The position numbers and the translations under genes are program-made. A stretch of 40,830 nt of DNA, taken from Candidatus Dojkabacteria bacterium CG_4_10_14_0_2_um_filter_Dojkabacteria_WS6_41_15. Its GTDB lineage: Bacteria; Patescibacteriota; Dojkabacteria; GCA-002793355. The notes under the pieces are model-generated. The model saw nothing but the letters and a program-made list of their open reading frames with translations, was not told the DNA's origin and searched no databases. Below, in pieces: positions 25,403 through 33,860 of the stretch (position 1 is the stretch's first letter; the number at the start of each line of letters is the position of its first letter). Location: assembly GCA_002793355.1 (NCBI GenBank), contig PFQB01000107.1, positions 1-40,830 of the forward strand, written 5' to 3'.

Positions 25403-26794
25403 ATGCTAACAAAGCACAAAATTGCCGTAGCAGTTCTTATCGTGCTTTCGCTTGGTGCACTCATCACTTTTTTGCTGGAATGGCAGTATTCTCCCTTGAA
25501 TAAAGCGATTGCTTGGTATCACCTAAAAACAGGAAGTTTTGCAACGACACAAGAAGCATCAAAATACGTCACGACCTTGCTAGATAATGAGCAAATATCG
25601 GCACAAAAGCTGGCAAGCTATCCATACTTGGCGGTTTCGGAACAGATAACCGAAGTTGTCGAAACCGCCAAACCGTATACAACGGGAACCTCAGAAGATC
25701 AGAGTTTCCTTGCCGAAAAAACTTATACCTTTCCCTTCGGACAAGATGGCATATACGATCTTGAGCACCATTCTTTGTTGGTCGAGAGCAAAAAGGCTTC
25801 AAATTTTACTGTGATTGGAAAGACCTTAGCAGGACCAATCAACCAAACCGTATATGTTGGTAGAAAAAATGCTGAGGAATTAAAAAAGGAAGTACTTGCT
25901 CAATGGAAATTATTAGTAATTGCACTGGGGAAAAAGGATGCGAAGCAAGCGGAAGAACTGATTAGCTTCGCCGAATCAGAAAAGTTTGCAAAAACTGCCA
26001 AATTGTCTGACTTAAGGTATCGGTTGGCGCCGACGCCAAGCGTCGCCTTCGCCGTCGGCGCCGAAGATGCCCACACCATCCGTATTGGCACACTATCGCT
26101 CAAACAAAAGAACTGCTCGGTTACCGGAGAAATCTACCTTGTATACCTGAAGGATCGACGTGTATACCGTTTGGACAACACCTACACCGCTCTAGCTTCA
26201 ATGTGTGCAAAGCCTAAGCCCGTCAACTCGACTTCCTCTTCAACACTATCTTGTTCAAACTGTTGGTTAGCCCCTGTTAGCAAACAATACGCGCTACCTA
26301 CTGGATTCACTCCTTATGTGGTCAGCACCGGCCTAAGCGGTGGTGGTTATGTGACTCCTGATACAAAATCCGCTCTTGCAAAACTATTCGCTGATGCTAA
26401 AACCAATGGCATCACCGTACGTGTATCCTCCTCGTATCGTTCCTACTCCACGCAAGAATCCCTTTTTAATACCTACGTCAACAACGAAAAGAAGTATGGC
26501 TTAACTACAGCGCAAGCAACCGAAAAAGCCAATACCTATTCTGCAAAACCAGGACGCTCCGAACACCAACTTGGAACTACAACTGATCTTATGTCCTGCA
26601 AAGCACCCTGTTCTTTCTACGATTCAGCAAACAACGCGCTATACACCTACCTAAAGAACAATGCGCATAAATTCGGATTTGTCATTTCATATCCCAACGG
26701 CTCACAATCGTATACCGGTTACGTGTACGAACCCTGGCACATTAGATATGTAGGCACAACCTATTCGAACGAACTATATAATCACGGTATTTGA
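25403..26794 (+). CDS. membrane-anchored D-alanyl-D-alanine carboxypeptidase, VanY/peptidase M15B family
   Basis: An N-terminal TM anchor and a long linker domain precede the catalytic region. That region carries SSYRSYSTQ, SEHQLGTTTDL and EPWHIRYVG, the zinc ligand motifs of M15B. Confidence 0.85.
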   Translation: MLTKHKIAVAVLIVLSLGALITFLLEWQYSPLNKAIAWYHLKTGSFATTQEASKYVTTLLDNEQISAQKLASYPYLAVSEQITEVVETAKPYTTGTSEDQSFLAEKTYTFPFGQDGIYDLEHHSLLVESKKASNFTVIGKTLAGPINQTVYVGRKNAEELKKEVLAQWKLLVIALGKKDAKQAEELISFAESEKFAKTAKLSDLRYRLAPTPSVAFAVGAEDAHTIRIGTLSLKQKNCSVTGEIYLVYLKDRRVYRLDNTYTALASMCAKPKPVNSTSSSTLSCSNCWLAPVSKQYALPTGFTPYVVSTGLSGGGYVTPDTKSALAKLFADAKTNGITVRVSSSYRSYSTQESLFNTYVNNEKKYGLTTAQATEKANTYSAKPGRSEHQLGTTTDLMSCKAPCSFYDSANNALYTYLKNNAHKFGFVISYPNGSQSYTGYVYEPWHIRYVGTTYSNELYNHGI

Positions 26795-26857
26795 CTAAAT
26801 CGGGATATTATCTGTATCAGTTTTTGTTGGAAAAGGGGAAATACTAGACCTATAGTG

Positions 26858-26887
26858 TTGACTTCGGGGATAATACTCTAGTATAAT
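26858..26887 (+). promoter_or_regulatory. near-consensus sigma70 promoter for the micro-ORF pair
   Basis: TTGACT (26858-26863), 18 nt spacer, TATAAT (26882-26887). Confidence 0.65.
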
Positions 26888-26920
26888 TAGAAATCTCTTA
26901 CGAAAGGAGGTCAACAAAAA

Positions 26921-27010
26921 ATGGCACCAGCTAAAAGCAAGCCAAAGTCCAAAAAGGTCAAGAAGACCGAAAAGCACCGCAAGATCCAGAACAAAAAGAA
27001 AGGTGGTTGA
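26921..27010 (+). CDS. 29-aa extremely basic micro-protein (MAPAKSKPKSKKVKKTEKHRKIQNKKKGG)
   Basis: A strong SD AAAGGAGG (26903-26910) lies 10 nt before the ATG, and the ORF ends in TGA. It is below the length cut-off of the ORF track and sits downstream of a near-consensus promoter. Confidence 0.55.
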   Translation: MAPAKSKPKSKKVKKTEKHRKIQNKKKGG

Positions 27011-27012
27011 CC

Positions 27013-27105
27013 ATGGCCGGAACGAAAAGTTCAAAACGTAAGACCAGGAAGGCCAAGAAGCGCCGAACCCACAGGCCCCAAAAAGGCAATAAGGGCAAGC
27101 GCTAA
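27013..27105 (+). CDS. 30-aa extremely basic micro-protein (MAGTKSSKRKTRKAKKRRTHRPQKGNKGKR)
   Basis: It starts 2 nt after the stop of the first micro-ORF, with AAAGGTGG 6 nt upstream. Composition and layout are similar to the first peptide. Confidence 0.5.
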   Translation: MAGTKSSKRKTRKAKKRRTHRPQKGNKGKR

Positions 27106-27243
27106 CTTGGAGTGATGGGTAAAACCTCACACAATATAGGTAGGGTGCATCCGCATCCCGTGGAGCCGAAAGGTCCTGGAGCAATCGTTGCGATCACTTG
27201 ATCAAAACCCTAATCTCCTCTCTAATTCCACAAAGCACTACCT

Positions 27244-28566
27244 TTATCCCCCAAACAACCTCTCCGAAAACTCCAGCCCCTTCTTAATCAGTCTGATATC
27301 GTAATTTTCGTTAACTCCGTGCATGTTGCAGTCGTCGTTGGCGAGGGAAATCAAAACGGGATCAACACCAAAAACTCGTTTGATATCGATAACAATCGGC
27401 AACGTTGCACCACAGAAGTCGATAAGCACCTTGTCACCGTAAACTTCTTCCAATAAAGCAATTGCCTTTTTGTGCATCGACGAGGTAATGTCAACTTTTA
27501 TCGGTGCATTGTCGCTTTGCACGTCGACAATTTCGGCAGTTGCATAGTCAGGCGTATTTTCGACCAAGTATTGACGAATCATATTTTGCACAGTTTCAAC
27601 TGACTGATTTGCAGCAAGTCGTGTATTCAACTTTATGAACGCTGTTGCAGGCACGATATTCGAGTACCCACTGCCCGTGTAGCCTCCGTTAATTCCCGAC
27701 GGAACAATCATAGTAGTAAAGCCAACAACCTCGCAGAACGAGTTGTTTTTGCCCAAAAACCACTTCTTCACACCAGTCTGCTCTAGAGTCTTCATTTTGA
27801 CGCCATCCATATCTTTACAGAGCTGAAGCTCTTCAACAGTTGGGACTAGGTCCTTGTCATAAAAACCTTTAAGAACTAAGCGGTTGTTGTCGTCGTACAT
27901 TCGCGCGACCAGCTGCGAAGCCACGACCGTCGCGCTTGGAGCAGCACCACCATATAAACCAGAGTGCATGTTGTTTGCAGCAGTTGTCACTTTGACCGTG
28001 AGATTAAAGGTTCCTCTAAACGAGGCGGTAATAACGGGTTTATACGGCATTTCACCATCAGAGATTATGTATTGGTCGGCTTTGAACAATTCTGGGCGTT
28101 CCTCGAACAACTTCGAGATACCACCACCGCCGGTTTCTTCGTCACCTTCGACAACGAACACGATATTCTTAGTAAGTTTGCCTGCCTTGATTAACTCGAT
28201 AATACTCACCAAGTGAATCATAAATTGGCCTTTGTTATCAACAACTCCTCTACCCAACAACTTTCCGTCTTTTTCGGTCAACACAAAAGGATCAGCATCC
28301 CAACCATCTTCCTTGTTTGCGGGCTGCACATCATAATGGCCATAGACAAAAAACGTTTTTTTATCCGCCGAGACGGTGTATTTTGCAATCACAATTGGGT
28401 GACCATAGCCATCAACACGTTCAAATACGAAACCATTGTCGGTAAAATACTTTTTAAGCCATTCAACCGCACCCTCTATGCCAGATGCAAATGCCGGGTC
28501 GGTAGAAATACTTTGCTTAGAAACAAGTTCTGTAACTTGCTTCTTATATTCATCAAAATTATCCAT
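27244..28566 (-). CDS. M20/M25/M40 family metallopeptidase (dipeptidase / acyl-amino acid amidohydrolase type)
   Basis: Contains FFVYGHYDVQP, RGVVDNKGQ and FVVEGDEETGGGG motifs and a dimerisation-domain-sized insert. I preferred the ATG at 28566 (MDNFDEY); the longest ORF starts at TTG 28578. Confidence 0.85.
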   Translation of the reverse strand: MDNFDEYKKQVTELVSKQSISTDPAFASGIEGAVEWLKKYFTDNGFVFERVDGYGHPIVIAKYTVSADKKTFFVYGHYDVQPANKEDGWDADPFVLTEKDGKLLGRGVVDNKGQFMIHLVSIIELIKAGKLTKNIVFVVEGDEETGGGGISKLFEERPELFKADQYIISDGEMPYKPVITASFRGTFNLTVKVTTAANNMHSGLYGGAAPSATVVASQLVARMYDDNNRLVLKGFYDKDLVPTVEELQLCKDMDGVKMKTLEQTGVKKWFLGKNNSFCEVVGFTTMIVPSGINGGYTGSGYSNIVPATAFIKLNTRLAANQSVETVQNMIRQYLVENTPDYATAEIVDVQSDNAPIKVDITSSMHKKAIALLEEVYGDKVLIDFCGATLPIVIDIKRVFGVDPVLISLANDDCNMHGVNENYDIRLIKKGLEFSERLFGG

Positions 28567-28568
28567 CT

Positions 28569-30302
28569 TTATTTGCAATTAATTAAGTACCGTTCAGAAA
28601 TTTTACCATCTTTCACTAACTGAGTGGTAAAGTCATCTAGTCGTTGTGTAGAAATAAATTTATTTAGTGCATACATTGCCTTAAGCCATTCTTGCTTTGC
28701 ATGCAGAAACACCCGTGAAAAATCAACTGCTGGTTCCAGATTCGCCTGAGACAAGTTTGTATAATGTACGCTCTTGTCCCCTATGTCTTTGCCAAAAACG
28801 AAATTGCCACTTTCATCGAAATACAACATATGCGACTTATAACCTGAGCTGTTACCTTTTTCGATGGCAATCAATTTAATAATGAACCCTGCATGTACGA
28901 CCTCACCATTACGTTTAATCATTGATGCTTTTCTTACATGGCCGTGCAAAGGTTGCCCTTGTTGGTAAAAGAGGATCGATGGCACATAATTTTGCACAAC
29001 AATTCCTTGATAATCCACATTGCTTAGAAAACTTTGTAGTTCATCGCACGGCTTACGATGCACATGTTTTCCTCCAGTCGAGCACCAGCTTCCTTCTTTT
29101 ATGGTGACCCACTGCGTAAATCCATCGAATGAAGTCGGATGCGTATCGCGAGAAAACACGATGCTTTTGGGCCTTGCAATTAAAAATCCTTCTTGCTGTT
29201 CTTGTTGCTGCAACAGCTCAAAAAAGGCGGACTTAGCATTAAGCAAACTCGAAAGATACATCTTTTTGTGACTCTCATTTGCGACGTTATATTGCGACTT
29301 GTCAAAATGCTCCCAAAGATACGCGTATTGTTTGAAGTTTTCTGAGGCAGTTTCATGAGTAAGAAACACATTCTCACGCAAATCAATTCCTAACTTGCCG
29401 TTAATAAGTATATGCTTCTTTTCTGGAGTTGCGATTAACGTGGTGTTATTGCCTTCAAAATACACACGCGAGTGTGAACAAGAGTTTTTGACCGGATTTA
29501 GCAACATGCCGTAGATATCTCTATACTGCGTATTGCCATAAGGTGCGACCAGCGCTTTCAAAGGTATTTCGGAAAACAATCCTGTGTTCGCGTGCAAATC
29601 AGAAAGTACCGTAACAGCGATACCTTGTTTCTCTAAAGATTCGGCAATATAGTAACTCATATCAGACTCCCACTCAACGTCGTACGTCGTATAAGTTGGA
29701 CTTGCTACTCTTCCTAGGGTTGAAAGAAACGCCTCCATGTACTCGTATACTCGCATTACCACTTCTTTGGGAAAGAATGATATTCCTTGCCTTTTAACAA
29801 CTATCTCCTTAAATTTAGTTACCTTAAGAAGTTTGTAGCGTTTCCAGAGCTGGTTATAACACCACACAATGCCGTATTCACTAGCAAAAAGAATCTTCAG
29901 CCGACTAACGTAGTCTTTTGTATACAAAGACGTCAATAAAGGGCCCTTTATGCGCAGCTTGATACAGAATTCATCAACTACACGGTCTTCTGTTGCACCA
30001 ATTTGCTGTAAAGAGTTGATAATCACCGCTAAAAGCTCGAGTATTTCTTTTTCTGCAAGACTAGGAAAAGCAGCTTTTATGGCTTCCTTTACCGCGGACT
30101 TTGCTGAAATCGAAAGGTGAGTGTCATCAACTGCTATTTGATCCAAAATTGTTCTGAATACGAATGGAAAGCCACCAGCAGATAACGCGTTTGGATCAAT
30201 GAAACCTGTATCGTTACCTTGCGGATCCCATAAATACTCTATTTCGGCATGAGAAATAAAGCACTCCTGTAAGCTTCTGAGCTTTTTTTCAATGCTGTCC
30301 AT
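28569..30302 (-). CDS. large orphan protein (577 aa), C-terminal half possibly ATP-grasp-like
   Basis: No firm motif. The segment FLIARPKSIVFSRD...YQGIVVQNYVPS...HGHVRKASMIKRNGEVVHAGFIIKL resembles the strand pattern of ATP-grasp ligases. This is a weak, by-eye call. Confidence 0.3.
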   Translation of the reverse strand: MDSIEKKLRSLQECFISHAEIEYLWDPQGNDTGFIDPNALSAGGFPFVFRTILDQIAVDDTHLSISAKSAVKEAIKAAFPSLAEKEILELLAVIINSLQQIGATEDRVVDEFCIKLRIKGPLLTSLYTKDYVSRLKILFASEYGIVWCYNQLWKRYKLLKVTKFKEIVVKRQGISFFPKEVVMRVYEYMEAFLSTLGRVASPTYTTYDVEWESDMSYYIAESLEKQGIAVTVLSDLHANTGLFSEIPLKALVAPYGNTQYRDIYGMLLNPVKNSCSHSRVYFEGNNTTLIATPEKKHILINGKLGIDLRENVFLTHETASENFKQYAYLWEHFDKSQYNVANESHKKMYLSSLLNAKSAFFELLQQQEQQEGFLIARPKSIVFSRDTHPTSFDGFTQWVTIKEGSWCSTGGKHVHRKPCDELQSFLSNVDYQGIVVQNYVPSILFYQQGQPLHGHVRKASMIKRNGEVVHAGFIIKLIAIEKGNSSGYKSHMLYFDESGNFVFGKDIGDKSVHYTNLSQANLEPAVDFSRVFLHAKQEWLKAMYALNKFISTQRLDDFTTQLVKDGKISERYLINCK

Positions 30303-31152
30303 AAACGCGCTGTGCTGTTAATTTAACTATGGCATTCCAGTCACTTTGAATAAGTTCTTTTTTTAAATATGTTGCCACGTTTATTGATTCTTTATAGGTT
30401 CCTTTAATAGTACATACAGGCCAATCGGAGCCAAGCATAATTCGGTCTACACCGAATTTTTCTATAATAGTGTCGATACATGGTCTAAAGTCTTCTTTCT
30501 CGACAGTATTCTTAGATGATTCCGTCAAAAGCCCCGAGATTTTGCAGTAAACATTGGGATAACACGCCACCTTTGTGATATCTTTTCTCCACAACTCAAA
30601 GTCGCGACTTATTCCGTTTATCGCCGGTTTTCCCATATGGTCAAGCACGTAGTTTGGGGATTCATGCTCACTCAATTCTTGCAGCAAAGTATGGAACTGT
30701 CCAAATTGGTGTCTTTTAATCAGTACTTCATAGCTGAACTGATGCTTATTCAGTAATTTCATCGCTTGGATAAATTTAGGTTGGCACATAAAGTTTTCAT
30801 TCAACTCGTCTTGGACAAGATGCCTGAAAGCTACCAATTTTGTTTTGGAACTCGTTTGTTTGTACGCTATAAGCTCTTGTTCAACAAGGTCACCAAGTAC
30901 GTCTACCCAACCAACAACGCCTAAGACATCGTGGTTATTCTCTGCAATTGAACACAGAAACTGGGTTTCCTCTTTCAACTGCCTCGCTTGCACAAGAACG
31001 ACTTGTTCTACATCAGCTGATTCCTTTGCAACTAATAAATCGTCAAATAAAAAGTCTTGCGCCAGGGCATCTATATCTGGTGTTATCCACGGAAAATCCT
31101 TCCGATTATATCGCCACAAATGAACATGCGTATCAATAATGGTGCTATTCAT
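30289..31152 (-). CDS. Amidohydro_2 (PF04909) family metal-dependent hydrolase, lactonase/decarboxylase type
   Basis: Contains IIDTHVHLW, a DHMGKP-like motif and MLGSDWPVC motifs, as in L-fuconolactonase-type amidohydrolases. Confidence 0.8.
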   Translation of the reverse strand: MNSTIIDTHVHLWRYNRKDFPWITPDIDALAQDFLFDDLLVAKESADVEQVVLVQARQLKEETQFLCSIAENNHDVLGVVGWVDVLGDLVEQELIAYKQTSSKTKLVAFRHLVQDELNENFMCQPKFIQAMKLLNKHQFSYEVLIKRHQFGQFHTLLQELSEHESPNYVLDHMGKPAINGISRDFELWRKDITKVACYPNVYCKISGLLTESSKNTVEKEDFRPCIDTIIEKFGVDRIMLGSDWPVCTIKGTYKESINVATYLKKELIQSDWNAIVKLTAQRVYGQH

Positions 31153-31837
31153 GGTTACTCATTGACAATTCATGTGCCAACATGTACCTAAAGTTTCTCA
31201 TAAACGAAAGCAGTGGCTCTGCTTGTAGCTTTGCCGTTTTTGTGCTTAAAATATCGGCACAACTAATTTGATAACTAAGCTGTTCCATCAGGTCATGAGA
31301 ATTGTTCTCTCGCTTGCTTTTGCTTATCGTGTCATACCGTGCATTCTCAATTGTGGGCAAAATCTTGGCGACAGAGAATCCCAACTCTTTTTCCGGTCTT
31401 GCCGCTAATCCCCTCCAGATACCAACGGCGCCAAGTAAATCCAAAGTATCTGCATCAACCAAAACATCTAGAAGTTGAGATGGTCGAGGTGCTAATTTTT
31501 TGTGGTTGTGCCATGAAATAGCGTAGACAACTTCGGTGATTTCTTCTAGAGTCATCTCTTTACCTGCGATATCAAACAAAAAGCTCTGTGCCATCTGCGC
31601 GCCAACTTCGCCATGTGCCGGCCTTTCGCACAAGCCTAGTCCGATGTCATGCAACAAACCGGCAATTTCATAGAGTGATGGCTTTTCCAGACCTTCGCGT
31701 TCGGCAATACACATTGCAATATTCCCAACGCGAAATGCATGAGAATAATCGTGGGAAGTCTCTCTTCCCATGTTCTCTTTTACAAAATTTCGTATTCTTC
31801 TTTTTGTTACTGCTTTCATATTAATTTTTAGAGTCAT
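31145..31837 (-). CDS. HD domain metal-dependent phosphohydrolase
   Basis: Contains HDYSHAFRV....IA and AGLLHDIG (the H...HD...D pattern). Confidence 0.8.
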   Translation of the reverse strand: MTLKINMKAVTKRRIRNFVKENMGRETSHDYSHAFRVGNIAMCIAEREGLEKPSLYEIAGLLHDIGLGLCERPAHGEVGAQMAQSFLFDIAGKEMTLEEITEVVYAISWHNHKKLAPRPSQLLDVLVDADTLDLLGAVGIWRGLAARPEKELGFSVAKILPTIENARYDTISKSKRENNSHDLMEQLSYQISCADILSTKTAKLQAEPLLSFMRNFRYMLAHELSMSNHE

Positions 31838-32609
31838 CTAAGTGTGTATAGCCACCGTCGACAAAGAGTAGTTGTCCTGTCGTATGGCTACTCTTTTGCG
31901 ACAATAAAAACAATACATAATCCGCTATTTCTTCAGGCGTTGTTAGCCGTGTGCCAAGATTTATTTTCTTCAGAATCGCCGGTAGTCTACGTTCTCCCTC
32001 TTGTGTTTGCAACCAACTTGCATACTGCGGGGTATTAACCTCGGCTGGGATGACACAGTTAACGTCGACATTAAAAGGCGCAAGGTCAACTGCCCACTCT
32101 CGGGTTAATGCGTTAATAGCCCCCTTTGCAGCAGCATAACCTGACGTTCCTCCTTGTCCTGTAACTGCCACCTTTGACGATATATTGATGATAGAACCTT
32201 GCGCTTGTTTTATTCTTGCTACCAGCCCTTGTGTCATTTGAAAATAGTGAACTAAATTCTTGTGTAGTGAAGACATAAATGAAGCTACGTCTGAGTTCAG
32301 GCCAATACCATCATTAGCGCCAGCATTATTTACTAAACCGTAAATATCTGTATGATCCAAGTTCAACTCGCTCAGAACACGCTGTGTATCCAGCGGATCT
32401 GAAAGATCGCACAGGTAAGTTTCAATCATTTTTCTTTTAAATAGCGAACTATGCGCTTGAGCCAAAGATTGCAACCCTACTCTGCTTTTATCGATAACAA
32501 CAGGAATTGCACCTTCTTGAACAAGCCCATTAACTATTGCGGCACCGATGCCACTTGCACCTCCTGTTACAACAATTGTTTTATTTTTTAGATCAAGGTC
32601 CATATTCAT
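31821..32609 (-). CDS. short-chain dehydrogenase/reductase (classical SDR)
   Basis: Contains the cofactor motif VVTGGASGIGAAI, NNAG, and the catalytic S...YAAAKGA triad. Confidence 0.9.
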   Translation of the reverse strand: MNMDLDLKNKTIVVTGGASGIGAAIVNGLVQEGAIPVVIDKSRVGLQSLAQAHSSLFKRKMIETYLCDLSDPLDTQRVLSELNLDHTDIYGLVNNAGANDGIGLNSDVASFMSSLHKNLVHYFQMTQGLVARIKQAQGSIINISSKVAVTGQGGTSGYAAAKGAINALTREWAVDLAPFNVDVNCVIPAEVNTPQYASWLQTQEGERRLPAILKKINLGTRLTTPEEIADYVLFLLSQKSSHTTGQLLFVDGGYTHLDDSKN

Positions 32610-33223
32610 GGTACTAATTTACTCATAACTTGCTCTGCAACCTTTTTTGCTGGCTGCATAGTACTAACAAAGTCAATGGGAATACCGGTGCATTCAGCGA
32701 GAATGTGTCGCGTTAATTGCGTCTGGAAGTTAACAAAGTTGCTCTTGCACGAATCTGAATTTAGTGCTAATTCGTTTTTTTGCAGTTTCCTGATTTTTAT
32801 TACTCTTGAGTAAGCAACCTCTGGTGCTAGATTAAGAAATATAACCTTATCCGGTTTTCGAAGCGTTCTCCATATAGAAAGTACTCGAGCATCGCCCTTA
32901 TTTACCTGCTCTTTTGCAAGAAATTTATAGTAATAGGAATCACACAAGACATTCGATACTGACAATGCTTTTTCTACAACATCTTGCAAATACGCAACAA
33001 ACAAGTGATAGTACGCACTTCTAAACTCGGAACTAAAGGTTGTAAATTCGGGTATTGCTTCATCGCGCACCGTTTTAGCTATACTGTTTACTGCAGTATA
33101 ATTACTCGGCACGTGTTCCTGGCTGTAAGAAACAATTTTCCATCCTGCTTTGTTAATAAGTGATAGAGTTGTGGACTTTCCAACACCATCTCCACCTAGC
33201 AGTACAAACAATTTATACTTCAT
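32606..33223 (-). CDS. thymidylate kinase-like P-loop (d)NMP/nucleoside kinase
   Basis: Contains the P-loop LLGGDGVGKSTT, CDSYYYKF (compare the DRY region of Tmk) and PDKVIFLNLAPEVAYSRV. I preferred the ATG at 33223; the longest ORF starts at GTG 33235. Confidence 0.6.
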   Translation of the reverse strand: MKYKLFVLLGGDGVGKSTTLSLINKAGWKIVSYSQEHVPSNYTAVNSIAKTVRDEAIPEFTTFSSEFRSAYYHLFVAYLQDVVEKALSVSNVLCDSYYYKFLAKEQVNKGDARVLSIWRTLRKPDKVIFLNLAPEVAYSRVIKIRKLQKNELALNSDSCKSNFVNFQTQLTRHILAECTGIPIDFVSTMQPAKKVAEQVMSKLVP

Positions 33224-33860
33224 ACAGCTGCCCACTTACTTTATACGCTCCAGATGCAGAATCGAATAACACCCTTGTGTAGAGTGCCTTGTCTTTCTTG
33301 AATGGCCGTTTTTCATAATTTCTGAACTGGACATTAATACTGCTTAACGCATTCATTTTCCTATCGATAAGAGATTCATTAATAATGTGCGAAACATCAA
33401 CAAGAAGCTGTTCAACAGTGGAGCAGTCGTCCGCAAGGTCAACAGCATACTTTCTCCAGTGTCCAAAATACATATACCCATTTTTATTAATATTTTCGTC
33501 TTTAAACATAGGGCACATTGAGCGAAGTCCTTTAACGTACGCAGGAGTTAACAAACTGGTAATTCCAACATTTGCTTCTTGATATAGAAAAACATTCGGT
33601 GACTTTTGCATGACACGTTTAGGATTTCCTAGTAAAAAGTACATTTTTGTGAACGCAGCCTTCCAAAGTTGCTTCTCTTCTTCACCAAGGCGTTTATGCA
33701 ATTGAAGAAGAGAGCCTACATAGGTCTGGAAGTTAAATTCCGACATAACCGCAACCACTGCCATTTCTGGATTTGTTTCCTCGGATAAGACACCTGACGC
33801 TGCAGCGATTCGCACCTGCATAAGTTTTTCTAATTGTTTTTGTCTTGTATCGTTGTTCAT
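33213..33860 (-). CDS. orphan protein (215 aa), no recognisable motif
   Basis: An ORF embedded in the coupled operon. It has an ATGA overlap with the upstream gene and overlaps the downstream kinase gene. Confidence 0.55.
   Translation of the reverse strand: MNNDTRQKQLEKLMQVRIAAASGVLSEETNPEMAVVAVMSEFNFQTYVGSLLQLHKRLGEEEKQLWKAAFTKMYFLLGNPKRVMQKSPNVFLYQEANVGITSLLTPAYVKGLRSMCPMFKDENINKNGYMYFGHWRKYAVDLADDCSTVEQLLVDVSHIINESLIDRKMNALSSINVQFRNYEKRPFKKDKALYTRVLFDSASGAYKVSGQLYEV

Noticed and set aside
26795-27184. A 129-aa minus-strand ORF from the track that covers the VanY-M20 intergenic region
   Set aside because: It is antisense to a promoter/SD-driven pair of basic micro-ORFs. Its sequence (Cys/Phe/Leu/Trp-rich) is what the complement of Lys codons would give. 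It has no start-codon context of its own, so I treat it as a shadow ORF.
27115-27201. A third small ORF (MGKTSHNIGRVHPHPVEPKGPGAIVAIT) after the basic micro-ORFs
   Set aside because: Its GGAG is only 2 nt from the ATG and its composition is unlike the two basic peptides. It may instead be 3' UTR or terminator-region sequence. It is mentioned in the micro-ORF finding but not called as a feature.
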